64,000 nucleotides of DNA, from contig CAVXVP010000032.1 in the NCBI GenBank assembly GCA_963765245.1, positions 1,899-65,898 on the forward strand. The letters are read 5' to 3'. Below, piece by piece: positions 18,440 through 28,278 of the stretch; the first letter of the stretch is position 1, and the number at the start of each line of letters is the position of its first letter. The notes under the pieces are model-generated. The model was not told the origin of the DNA and did no database searches. It saw nothing but the letters and a program-made list of their open reading frames with translations. This stretch comes from an uncultured Chloroflexia bacterium. GTDB taxonomy: Bacteria; Chloroflexota; Limnocylindria; Limnocylindrales; CSP1-4. The position numbers were made by a program, and so were the translations under genes.

Positions 18440-21052
18440 ATGGCTGACCTGATCACGCGCCCCGACAGCCGCCTCGCGACCGAGCGGGAGGCACCTGCCG
18501 AATCGCTGCCCGAGCGCCTCATCGAGACGCAGTCGCCGCAGCGGCCGCAGGTCTCGCCGCGCATCCGGATCGAGGTCGACGGGCGGGTCGTCGAGGGCTT
18601 CGAGGGCCAGACGATCCTCGAGGTCTGCCGCGACAACGGGATCGAGATCCCGACCCTCTGCTACGAGCCGAAGCTCCCCGGCTTCGGGGCGTGCCGGATG
18701 TGCGTCGTCGAGGTCGAGGGCGAGGAGCACCCGCCGATCTCCTGCTCGCGCACGTGCGAGCCGGAGATGAAGGTCCAGACCCAGACCGAGGAGCTGCGCC
18801 GGCTGCGCCGGACGAACCTCGAGCTGATCTTCTCCGACCACAACGCCTACTGCCTGCCGCCGTGCCAGAACAAGTGCCCCAGCCACATCGACATCCCGGG
18901 CTTCCTCAAGGCCAACGCGGAGACGGACTGGCGCGAGAGCACGCGCATCTTCAAGCGCACGATCCCGTTCCCCAGCGTGCTCGGGCGGGTCTGCCCGGCG
19001 CCGTGCGAGGAGCACTGCCGGCGCGACGAGGTCGACGAGGCGATCGCCATCCGCGACAGCCACCGCTACGCCGGCGACCAGGTCCTCAAGGCGATGCTCG
19101 ACGAGGGCGAGGACCCGCCGATCCCGTTCGAGCGCCAGGCGCCGTCCGGCCGGCGCGCCGCGGTCATCGGCTCCGGGCCGGCCGGGATGGCCGCCGCGTT
19201 CTACCTGCTCCTCGCGGGTCACGACGTGACCGTCTTCGAGCGCGACCCGTCGCCCGGCGGCATGCTCCGCTACGGGATCCCGCAGTACCGCCTGCCCAAG
19301 GTCGAGGTCCTCGAAGCCGAATACGAGTCGATCACCCGGCTCGGCGGCAAGATCGTCTGCAACGCCGGTCTCGGCGTCGACTTCACGCTCGACGACCTGA
19401 CCTACCAGGGCTTCGATTCGGTCGTCGTCGCGATCGGCTGCTACGACACCAACAAGCTCGGCATCCCGGGCGAGGACGCCGCCGAGGTCCTCGACGGCCT
19501 CGAGTACCTGCGCACGGCGACGCTCGGCCTGCCGTACCCCGGTCACGCCGGCAAGCGGGTCGTGGTCATCGGCGGCGGCTTCACCTCGATGGACTGCTCG
19601 CGGACGTCGATCCGCCAGGGCGCCAAGGAAGTGACGCTCGTCTATCGCCGCGACATGAAGGACATGCCGGCCGCGAACGAGGTCCACGAGGCGATCGAGG
19701 AAGGCGTCACCGCGATCTTCCAGGCCGGACCGGTCCGGGTCGTCACCGACAAGAAGGGCAACGTCACCGGCGTCGAGTTCATCCGGATGGCGCCGGGCGC
19801 ACCGGACGCGTCGGGCAGGCGCCGCCCGGAACCGGCGCCCGGCACGGAATTCACGATCCCCTGCGACCGCGTGCTGCTGGCCATCGGCCAGGGCCCGGAC
19901 CTGACCTGGATCGGACCGGGGTCGGACGGGGTCGAGGCGACCAAGCAGAACCGGCTCAAGGCCGACGCCGTGACGTTCGAGACCGGCCGACCCGGCGTGT
20001 TCGGGACGGGCGACGTGCGGATCGGCGCGGCGACCGTGGTCGCGGCCGTCGCCGAGGGACGCCGCGCGGCCTACGCGGTCGATGCCTTCCTCAAGGGCAT
20101 GGACCTGACCGCGATCCGGACCCGCCAGACGCTGGCCGAGCCGCAGCCCGAGTTCCTGTCGATCGTGCCGTTCACCAGCGAGGCCAAGACGCCGCGCTAC
20201 CGGATGACCGCCCTCCACGCCGAGCAGCGCAACGACTCGTACATCGAGTACGAGCTGCCCTACACGCGCGAGGACGCCGTCGCCGAATCGACGCGCTGCC
20301 TGCAGTGCACCTGCGAGGCGATCGGCTTCTGCGACCTGCGCCGGCTCGGCATCGAGTACGGCACGACGCTGCCCACGCTCGAGCCGGAGAACCACCAGGG
20401 CGCCGGCTTCCGGAGCGTGACCGAGAACCGCTTCACCGGCGTCAACCACGACTACATCCGGGACGACTCGCACGCCTTCATCCTGCGCGAGCCGTCGCGC
20501 TGCATCGACTGCGGCCGGTGCGCCAACGTCTGCGCCGAGGTGGTCGGCGCCGCCTGCTACGACTTCATGCGGATCGGCTTCGATACGCTGGTCACGACAC
20601 CGTTGGACATGAGCCTCAACGACACGCCGTGCGTGTCGTGCGGACGCTGCGCCGAGACGTGTCCGACCGGGGCCCTGATGCCCAAGCCGCGCGTCCTCCA
20701 GAAGTACGAGGTCGACGAGAGCCGCTGCATCCTGTGCGGGATCTGCGTCGATGCCTGCCCCTACGACGCCCTGCGCGACGGCGCGGACATCGAGCTGTCG
20801 CACACGAGCCGCGACGAGCCGATGATCGACCTGATGGCGATCGCGGCGATCGACCGCGAGACCGAGGTGACCTACATCCGCCGCGAGCGCGACTGGGCGA
20901 CCCGCGCCGCGGCCGACGGACGGCTGATCGACACGTCGCGGATGCTGCCGATGCTGCCGCCGACCGTCACCGGCATCCCAGACAACGGACACGCGCACGG
21001 CAACGGCCATGGCCACGGCGGGACGGCCGTCGTCCCGACACACCACGAGTAG
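18440..21052 (+). CDS. 870-aa iron-sulfur flavoprotein in the NuoG position: NuoG-type 2Fe-2S N-domain + GltD-like FAD/NAD(P)H oxidoreductase + ferredoxin-type 4Fe-4S motifs + NuoI-like C-terminal half
   Basis: Intact ORF, ATG 18440. It reads in order:
- [51 protein letters not shown]...ISCSRTC
- [19 protein letters not shown]...[12 protein letters not shown]
- [47 protein letters not shown]
- [16 protein letters not shown]
- [23 protein letters not shown]
- [12 protein letters not shown]...[16 protein letters not shown]
- [24 protein letters not shown]
- a His-rich tail [12 protein letters not shown]. Confidence 0.75.
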   Translation: MADLITRPDSRLATEREAPAESLPERLIETQSPQRPQVSPRIRIEVDGRVVEGFEGQTILEVCRDNGIEIPTLCYEPKLPGFGACRMCVVEVEGEEHPPISCSRTCEPEMKVQTQTEELRRLRRTNLELIFSDHNAYCLPPCQNKCPSHIDIPGFLKANAETDWRESTRIFKRTIPFPSVLGRVCPAPCEEHCRRDEVDEAIAIRDSHRYAGDQVLKAMLDEGEDPPIPFERQAPSGRRAAVIGSGPAGMAAAFYLLLAGHDVTVFERDPSPGGMLRYGIPQYRLPKVEVLEAEYESITRLGGKIVCNAGLGVDFTLDDLTYQGFDSVVVAIGCYDTNKLGIPGEDAAEVLDGLEYLRTATLGLPYPGHAGKRVVVIGGGFTSMDCSRTSIRQGAKEVTLVYRRDMKDMPAANEVHEAIEEGVTAIFQAGPVRVVTDKKGNVTGVEFIRMAPGAPDASGRRRPEPAPGTEFTIPCDRVLLAIGQGPDLTWIGPGSDGVEATKQNRLKADAVTFETGRPGVFGTGDVRIGAATVVAAVAEGRRAAYAVDAFLKGMDLTAIRTRQTLAEPQPEFLSIVPFTSEAKTPRYRMTALHAEQRNDSYIEYELPYTREDAVAESTRCLQCTCEAIGFCDLRRLGIEYGTTLPTLEPENHQGAGFRSVTENRFTGVNHDYIRDDSHAFILREPSRCIDCGRCANVCAEVVGAACYDFMRIGFDTLVTTPLDMSLNDTPCVSCGRCAETCPTGALMPKPRVLQKYEVDESRCILCGICVDACPYDALRDGADIELSHTSRDEPMIDLMAIAAIDRETEVTYIRRERDWATRAAADGRLIDTSRMLPMLPPTVTGIPDNGHAHGNGHGHGGTAVVPTHHE

Positions 21053-21061
21053 GCCGACGAC

Positions 21062-21655
21062 GTGATGCGTCGCCTGATCCCGATCCTCCTGGCCGTGACG
21101 TTGCTGGGCATCGTCACCGGCATCGCCGTGATCATGCTGCTGTTCCTCGGCCAGGACTGGGGCGATGCCCTGTTCTGGCTGTTCGCGGCGGTGATGATCG
21201 GTTCGGCGTTCCTGGTCGTGACGATGCGCGACATCATCCGCTGCGGGCTGGCGATGATCGTCTGCTTCGGGTCGCTGGCCGGGATCTACGCGATCATCGG
21301 GGCGCCGCTGCTGGCCGCCGCGCAGGTCATCGTCTACATCGGGGCGATCAGCGTCCTGATCCTGTTCGCGATCATGCTGACCCAGACCAAGGACGCTCCG
21401 AGCCGGCTGGTCTTCCAGACGCAGGCGGTCCCCGCGGCGATCGCCTCGATCGTCATCGCGGTGGTCCTCGCCCTGGCGATCGGCGCGACCGATTGGGGCG
21501 AGGCGGCCAAGCGCGTGCGGCTGACCGCCGAGGCGATGTCGAGCGTGCTGTTCAACAGCTTCGTGCTGCCGTTCGAGATCGTCAGCGTGCTGCTGCTCGC
21601 GGCCGTCATCGGTGGCGTCTACCTCGCCAAGCGCGAACCGGGCGGGCCGTCGTGA
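21062..21655 (+). CDS. nuoJ: NADH-quinone oxidoreductase subunit J
   Basis: Intact 197-aa polytopic [25 protein letters not shown]...[22 protein letters not shown]. The start is GTG 21062 or ATG 21065. Confidence 0.85.
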   Translation: MMRRLIPILLAVTLLGIVTGIAVIMLLFLGQDWGDALFWLFAAVMIGSAFLVVTMRDIIRCGLAMIVCFGSLAGIYAIIGAPLLAAAQVIVYIGAISVLILFAIMLTQTKDAPSRLVFQTQAVPAAIASIVIAVVLALAIGATDWGEAAKRVRLTAEAMSSVLFNSFVLPFEIVSVLLLAAVIGGVYLAKREPGGPS

Positions 21656-21990
21656 GCGACTCGCTCGACGCCTACCTGGTCCTGTCCGGGCTTCTCTTCG
21701 CGATCGGCACGTTCGGGTTCCTCGCCCGGCGCAACGCGATCAGCATGCTGATGTCGATCGAGCTGATGCTCAACGGGGTCAACCTCGCGATCGTCGCGTT
21801 CGGGTCGTTCGGGACCGCTGCGGCCGCGGCCGCCGACCGGGCAGCGTCCGTGGCGGAGGGCTCGGTCATCGCACTGATGGTCATGGCCGTCGCGGCCGCC
21901 GAGGCGACGGTCGGGCTGGCCATCGTCATCGCCATCTACCGCAACAAGAAGACACCGCTGGTCGACGAATACGACGCTATGCGCCAATGA
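21652..21990 (+). CDS. nuoK: NADH-quinone oxidoreductase subunit K
   Basis: GTG 21652 overlaps the nuoJ stop. [42 protein letters not shown]...[21 protein letters not shown]. Confidence 0.85.
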   Translation: MSDSLDAYLVLSGLLFAIGTFGFLARRNAISMLMSIELMLNGVNLAIVAFGSFGTAAAAAADRAASVAEGSVIALMVMAVAAAEATVGLAIVIAIYRNKKTPLVDEYDAMRQ

Positions 21991-22141
21991 GCGTCATGGA
22001 ACCGCCTTGCGCGCCGTCGGGACGAGCCGAGGGCAAGGCGCACCCGAGCATGCGAGCGAGCGCACCTCAAGGTGCGTGAGCGAACACGCGCAGGGTGCAA
22101 CGCGGCCATCGGCCGTCCGACGGCGCGCCTGATGACCGCCA

Positions 22142-24116
22142 ATGAACCCTGAGGCGCTGATCCCGGCGCTCGTGGTATTGCCGATGCTGGGGTTCCTGGT
22201 GACGGCGGTCGTCGGGCGCCGGCTCGGGAAGCAGGCGCACTGGGTGCCGGTGATCGCGATCTTCGCGGTCTGGGTCGCCGCGATGATGCTCGTCGTCAAC
22301 GTGCTGAGCGGCGCCGCGCCGCTGCTGCCGGGCTCCGAGGACTCGCACGGCTACGTCGTCGACTGGTTCACCTGGATCCCGGCCGACAACTTCGTGGTCA
22401 ACGTCGGCTTCGTCGTCGACGCGCTGACGGCAAGCCTGCTGATCGTGGTGACGACGATCGGCCTGCTCGTCCACGTCTACTCGATCGGCTACATGAGCCA
22501 CGACCCGGGGTACTGGCGCTTCTTCGCCTACCTCAACCTGTTCATGTTCTCGATGCTGCTGCTGGTCCTCGCCGGCAACTTCCTGGTCGTGTTCGTGGCA
22601 TGGGAGCTGGTCGGCCTGTGCAGCTATCTGCTGATCGGCTTCTGGTACCGCAAGCGCTCGGCGGCCCTCGCGGCCAAGAAGGCGTTCATCGTCAACCGGG
22701 TCGGCGACGTCGGTTTCATCCTCGGGATCATGCTGATCTTCGTCAGCCTCGGCACGCTCGACATCCGCGAGGTCATCGCGCGGATCGGCGAGCTCGATGC
22801 CGACGACGATCACGCTCATCGCCCTGCTGGTCTTCGCCGGCGCGATGGGCAAGAGCGCCCAGTTCCCGCTGCACGTCTGGCTCCCCGACGCCATGGAAGG
22901 CCCGACACCGGTCTCCGCCCTCATCCACGCCGCGACGATGGTCAACGCCGGCGTCTACCTCGTCGCCCGGACCAATCCGATCTTCGCCTACGCACCGTCG
23001 GCGCTCGTGGTGGTCGCCGCGATCGGCATCTTCACGGCCATCCTCGCCGCGTCGATCGCCATGACCCAGACCGACATCAAGCGCGTCCTCGCCTATTCGA
23101 CCCTCAGCCAGCTCGGCTACATGTTCGCCGCGCTCGGCGTCGGGGCGTGGACCGCGGCGATCTTCCACCTGATGACTCACGGCTTCTTCAAGGGCCTGCT
23201 CTTCCTCGGTTCGGGCTCGGTCATCCACTCGGTCCACGAGGAACAGGACATGCGCCGGATGGGCGGCCTGGCGGAGAAGATCCCGATCACCTACGTGACG
23301 ATGCTCATCGGCTCGCTGGCCATCGCCGGGATCCCGCCGCTCGCCGGCTTCTTCTCGAAGGACGAGATCCTGGGCAAATCGCTCAAGCTCGGGTTCGCCT
23401 GGGTCTGGCTGATCGGCTTCATCGTGGCCGGCCTGACCGCGTTCTACATGTTCCGGTTGATGGGCCTGACGTTCTGGGGCTCGTTCCGCGGTCCGCGCGA
23501 GATCTGGGACAAGATCCACGAGTCGCCGCCGATCATGACCATCCCGCTGATCCTGCTGGCGATCCCGTCCGTCTTCCTCGGGATGTACCTCGGCCTGCCG
23601 CTCGGAGACAGCCGGATCACCCACTGGCTCGAACCGATCTTCGCCGAAGGCGAGGCCGTCCTCCATGGCGGGGCCGCGGAGCCCGCCTACCAGCTGTTCG
23701 GCATCGATGGCGTGCTGATCATCGCCAGCGTCACGATCGCCACGATCGGGATGATCCTCGCCTGGCGGCTCTTCGGCGTCCAGCTCGGTCCCATCCGCAT
23801 GCCGTCCCGACCGGAGCGCGTCCGCGAGCTGACGGCGCGTGCGCCGTTCCTTTATCGCGCCTCGCTCAACAAGTGGTGGTTCGACGACCTGTACCACCTG
23901 CTGTTCATGGTCATCGGCGGGCGGATCGCGGCGGCCATCTGGTGGTTCGACCGTGAGGTCATCGATGGCACCGTCAATGCCATCGGGACCGGGACCATCG
24001 ACGCCGGCCGCGGGCTGCGCCAGGTCCAGACCGGTCGGGTCCAGAACTACGCCCTGGGCATCGCCATCGGCCTGATCGTGATGGCCGGGTCGTACCTGCT
24101 GCTTGCGGGCCGCTGA
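22142..24116 (+). CDS. nuoL: NADH-quinone oxidoreductase subunit L (one frame break near 22795)
   Basis: ATG start at 22142. [42 protein letters not shown], then in another frame [43 protein letters not shown]...[16 protein letters not shown]...[18 protein letters not shown]. Confidence 0.85.
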
Positions 24117-24118
24117 CG

Positions 24119-25767
24119 ATGACAGTCGACAGCATCCCGCTCCTGACGATCATCATCTTCCTGCCCCTCCTCGGCGCGCTGGCGGTCGCCATCGCGCCGG
24201 CCACGGCGGCACGACCGCTCGCGCTCGGGTTCGCACTCGCGACGTGGGTCGTCTCGCTCTTCATGCTCATCGGCTACCTGCCGCGGCCCGGCTTCCAGTT
24301 CGTCGAGACGGTCGACTGGATCCCGATCTTCGGCATCCAGTACAAGCTCGGCGCCGACGGGCTGGCGGTCGCCCTGGTGGTCCTGACCACGACCCTGTCG
24401 TGGATCTCGATCCTTGCCAGCTTCAAGCCGATCCAGACGCGGATCAAGGAATACATGATCTCGTTCCTCATCCTCGAGGTCGGCCTGATCGGCGTCTTTC
24501 TCGCGCTCGACACGTTCCTGTTCTACATCTTCTGGGAGATCGTCCTCGTCCCGATGTACCTCATCATCGGGATCTGGGGTGGCGCGAACCGGATCTACGC
24601 CACGATCAAGTTCGTCCTGTACACGCTCGTCGGGTCGCTGCTCATGCTCGTGGCGATCCTGGCGACCGCCTACGCGTACGCGGCTGGCCACGACGGCTCG
24701 TGGGTCGGTGCCTTCGACTTCGAGGTCCTGCGCGCGTATGCCGGGACCGGTGGGTTCGCCGACGGCCTACAGCTCCTCGCCTTCGTGGCGTTCTTCCTGG
24801 CGTTCGCCATCAAGGTCCCGATGTTCCCGTTCCACACCTGGTTGCCCGACGCGCACACGGAGGCACCGACGGCGGGCTCGGTGATGCTGGCGGCGATCAT
24901 GCTCAAGCTCGGCGCCTACGGGTTCATCCGGTTCGCGGTCCCGCTCTATCCGATCGGCGGCCGAGACCTTCGCGCCGGTGATCATCGTGCTGTCGCTGAT
25001 CGCGATCATCTACGGCGCGATCGTGGCCCTCGTCCAGCCCGACCTGAAGCGGCTCGTCGCCTACTCCTCGGTCAGCCACATGGGCTTCGTGACGCTCGGC
25101 ATCTTCGTGTTCACGGAGCAGGGCCTCCAGGGCGCGATCCTGCAGATGATCAACCACGGTCTGATCACTGGCGCGCTCTTCCTGCTGTGTCGGCATCATC
25201 TATGAACGGACTCACGACCGGACCATCGCCAAGATGGGCGGGCTGGCGGCGCGGACCCCGGTCTGGGCCGCGCTCTTCGGCTTCTTCGTCTTCGCCTCGG
25301 CAGGTCTGCCGGGGCTGTCCGGGTTCGTCGGCGAGTTCCTGGTGCTGCTCGGGACGTTCCAGGCAAACCCGTACGCGGCCGCGGTCGCCACGTTCGTGAT
25401 GATCCTGGCCGCCGGCTACCTGCTGTACATGTACGGGCGGGTCGTGTTCGGCGAGGTCTCCGACTTCCTGGCCGGACTCGGGGACCACCTGACCGATATG
25501 ACCCCGGTCGAGATCCTGACCCTGGCACCGCTCGGCGCGCTGGTCGTCATCTTCGGCCTTCAGCCTGGCCTGCTGCTCGACCTCGTCAACGGAACGGTCA
25601 GCGAGACCCTCCGCTCGGTCCAGCCGTCGGCACCGATCGCCATCCCGACCACGATCGTGGTCGGCCTCCTGGCGATCCTGGCCGTGCTCGTCCTGGCTCG
25701 CATCGCCTACGTGCTGATCCGGCAGAGCCGCGGCTCGCTCGAACCCGAGACCGGGGTCGCCCATTGA
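24119..25767 (+). CDS. nuoM: NADH-quinone oxidoreductase subunit M (two frame breaks near 24955 and 25187)
   Basis: ATG start at 24119. [21 protein letters not shown]...[45 protein letters not shown], then [28 protein letters not shown]...[14 protein letters not shown], then [19 protein letters not shown]...[14 protein letters not shown] in the other frames. Confidence 0.85.
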
Positions 25768-27257
25768 GCTGGCAGGACTTCGTCACGATCAGCCCGCTGG
25801 TGGCGGGCATCCTGACAGCGGCCGCGATCCTCGTCGTCGACCTGGTCCGCCCGGGACGGGCGGCGGTCGCAGTCGGCGTCTCGCTCACCGGCCTCGTGAT
25901 CACGGCCATCCTGGCGATGATCGTGGGGGCGGGGGCCACGCCGGTCACGGCGTTCGGGGGCGCGTACAAGGTCGATGACCTGACCACCTTCCTCGATCTG
26001 TTGTTCGTGGCGGCCATCGCACTGACCATCGCCTTCGGTCCCGACTACCTGATCCCGCGCGGCCTGCCGGTCGCCGAGTTCGCCGCGATCCTCGTCTTCG
26101 CGATGACCGGCGCGATGCTGATCTCGGCATCGGGCGACCTGTTGATGCTGTTCCTCGGGCTCGAGCTGATGGTCCTGCCCGGCTACCTGCTGGCCGCCTT
26201 TCACAAGTCCGACGCCTATTCCACCGAAGGCGCGATCAAGTACTTCCTGCTGGGCTCGTTCAGTTCGGCGATCTTCCTCTTCGGCATCGCCTTCATCTGG
26301 GGCCTGACCGGCACGACGAAGCTCGACGCGATCAACGAGACCCTGGCCGCGATCGTGGCCGGCACCGCACCGCTGTCACCTGGATTGGCGATGGGCCTCG
26401 CGTTCCTGACCACCGGCGTGGCGTTCAAGATCGCGGCGGTGCCGTTCCACTACTGGACGCCGGACGCGTACCAGGGCTCGCCGACGCCGATCACCGGCTA
26501 TCTCTCGGTCGTGCCGAAGGTCGGTGCCTTCGCGCTGATCCTGCGACTGTTCGTCGAGGGTCTCGGGCCGCTGGCCGACTGGTGGATGCCGGTGATGATC
26601 GTGCTGGCGACCGCGACGATGACCCTCGGCAACCTGGTGGCGCTGACCCAGGACAACGTCAAGCGGATGCTCGCCTACAGCTCGATCGCGCACACCGGCT
26701 ACATGCTGGTGGGCCTGGCAGCGTGGGCGGGCGACCCGCAGGACCGGCTGGACGGCATCGATGCCCTGCTGTTCTACGCGGTCGCCTACGCCTTCATGAA
26801 CCTGGGTGCCTTCGCCGTCATCGCCGCGCTCCAGAAACGCTCCGGGGTCACCTCCAGCCTCGGGACGTTCGCGGGCTTGGGCCGTCGCGAGCCGCTGCTG
26901 GGCATCCTGATGACGCTCTTCCTGCTGTCGCTGATCGGCATCCCGCCGACGGCCGGCTTCTTTGCCAAGGCGAACATCATCCTGGCCGCGGTCGAGGCGG
27001 GCGGGCCGCTGACGATCCTGGCAGTCATCACGGTGCTCAACGCCGCGGTCGCCGCGTTCTACTACCTGCGGGTCGTCGTCTACATGTTCATGCGCGAGCC
27101 GGCGAGCGACGCCCCGGCGCTCCGCCACGGCGCGCTGATGTGGGCGGGGCTGGCGGCCGCGTCCGCACTGACGATCCTGCTGGGCCTGTTCCCGACCGGG
27201 CTGCTCGATGCGGCCGGGCGGGCCGCCGAAGCGCTCGTCCCGGCTCTCCCCAACTAG
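25764..27257 (+). CDS. nuoN: NADH-quinone oxidoreductase subunit N
   Basis: Intact 497-aa ORF. TTG 25764 overlaps the nuoM stop. GLELMVLPGYLLAAF...KYFLLGSFSSAIFLFG...AFKIAAVPFHYWTPDAYQGSPTPITGYLSVVPK...KRMLAYSSIAHTGYMLVG. Confidence 0.9.
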   Translation: MSWQDFVTISPLVAGILTAAAILVVDLVRPGRAAVAVGVSLTGLVITAILAMIVGAGATPVTAFGGAYKVDDLTTFLDLLFVAAIALTIAFGPDYLIPRGLPVAEFAAILVFAMTGAMLISASGDLLMLFLGLELMVLPGYLLAAFHKSDAYSTEGAIKYFLLGSFSSAIFLFGIAFIWGLTGTTKLDAINETLAAIVAGTAPLSPGLAMGLAFLTTGVAFKIAAVPFHYWTPDAYQGSPTPITGYLSVVPKVGAFALILRLFVEGLGPLADWWMPVMIVLATATMTLGNLVALTQDNVKRMLAYSSIAHTGYMLVGLAAWAGDPQDRLDGIDALLFYAVAYAFMNLGAFAVIAALQKRSGVTSSLGTFAGLGRREPLLGILMTLFLLSLIGIPPTAGFFAKANIILAAVEAGGPLTILAVITVLNAAVAAFYYLRVVVYMFMREPASDAPALRHGALMWAGLAAASALTILLGLFPTGLLDAAGRAAEALVPALPN

Positions 27258-27974
27258 GCGCAGTTCACCGGCTTCGGATGTCGGGTTGGCCTCGTCGTGC
27301 GGGGCGGCCTCCTGCGACAGCGGCTCGGCGATGAGCTGGAGCTTGGGCTGGGTGCCCCGACCCTCGGACGTCTGGAGCCAGAGCTGCTCGTTGTCGGCCA
27401 CGATGGCCGGGCCGACCGCGGTGTCATACGGGACATGACGCTTCACCTTGTTGACGACGTACAGGAAGCGCTGGTTGTCGTTGGTCCAGACCTCGACGAT
27501 CATCCCGAGCATCTTCTTGCCGTTCGACACTTTGGACGCATCAAGGATCGGCAGGAACATGCCCGTCCTGGCATGGGCGTAGATGTACGTGGCGCGGCCC
27601 TGGCCCGGCTGGCCGAGCCGGTCGTCGGTGAGATACATGGCGACGTTGCAGGCTGGGTACCCCGCGGACCCGGAGATGACCGGGAGGTCGATCTTGAGCG
27701 CCGCGATGCGCACCCGCGTCGCGACCCGCCCCGGCGGGAACGACGCGATCGGCGGCGGTGGCCCGCCCGAACCGAGCGGCGGCAGCGTGATCAACGGGCT
27801 GGGGGTCGCCGAGACCGCCGCGTCGGGGCTGGCCGTTGCCGCCGGCGTGGTGACCGGATCGGCGGAGGCGGTGGTCGTGAGCGACAGCACGCCGGCCGCC
27901 AGGAAGGTGACGCCGAGCGCAGTCAGAAGTGCTGGAGCGATTCGCGTGCGGATCCGATCCGCGAGGTGGCGCAT
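27254..27974 (-). CDS. sortase-like (class E/F-like) membrane-anchored protein with Ser at the expected catalytic Cys position; 3' end uncertain
   Basis: ATG 27974. TM segment IAPALLTALGVTFLAAGVLSL, a Pro/Thr/Ala linker, then RVRIAALKIDLPVISG...ATYIYAHARTGMFLPIL...GMIVEVWTNDNQRFLYVVNKVKRHV...EQLWLQTSEG...KLQLIAEPL. As sequenced, the frame runs on antisense into nuoN. A 1-nt shift gives ...KPVNCA-stop at 27254. Confidence 0.5.
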
Positions 27975-28044
27975 GGGACCGGCATGGTAGCAGCGGTCCT
28001 TTCGAGGCGCCGTGGACCGCTCGTACTGGTACCCTCCGCGCGAC

Positions 28045-28278
28045 ATGAAAGCACGCCTGTCGATCGTCGCCGGCCTGATCGTCGGAGTCGCCGTCGCAGG
28101 GATGTTGCTCGGGGGACTCCTCGCGCTCGCCCCTGAACCGCCCGCGCTCGCCACGCCGACCCAACCGCTCGCGATCGAAACGCCGAGTCCATCGCCCAAG
28201 GCGTCGATCCCGCCGAGCGCTTCGCCCAGCCCGTCGGCCGGCAAGTCGATCCTGCCCGGAGTCGACGTCACAACTTGA
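28045..28278 (+). CDS. small membrane-anchored Pro/Ser-rich protein (hypothetical)
   Basis: ATG 28045. MKARLSIVAGLIVGVAVAGMLLGGLLALAP is followed by a P/S/A-rich tail. The stop overlaps the next gene's TTG. Weak coding evidence. Confidence 0.35.
   Translation: MKARLSIVAGLIVGVAVAGMLLGGLLALAPEPPALATPTQPLAIETPSPSPKASIPPSASPSPSAGKSILPGVDVTT

Noticed and set aside
17636-21046. A 1136-aa ORF antisense to nuoF and the 870-aa flavoprotein gene. Similar long ORFs occur at 3111-6113 (+), 5636-7732 (-), 18691-21990 (+, except its nuoK part), 38672-40492 (-), 40429-42963 (-), 45845-48721 (+) and 51178-53280 (-).
   Set aside because: Their translations are dominated by Arg/Gly/Pro/Asp/His runs with no recognisable motifs. 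They lie opposite to, or out of frame with, strongly conserved genes. This is the expected stop-codon-poor shadow ORF pattern of a ~70% GC genome.
21986-22078. A 30-codon ORF overlapping the nuoK stop (ATGA)
   Set aside because: Its third-position GC (~70%) is clearly below that of real genes here, it has no recognisable motif, and the region is better explained by RNA secondary structure. It is not annotated as a CDS.
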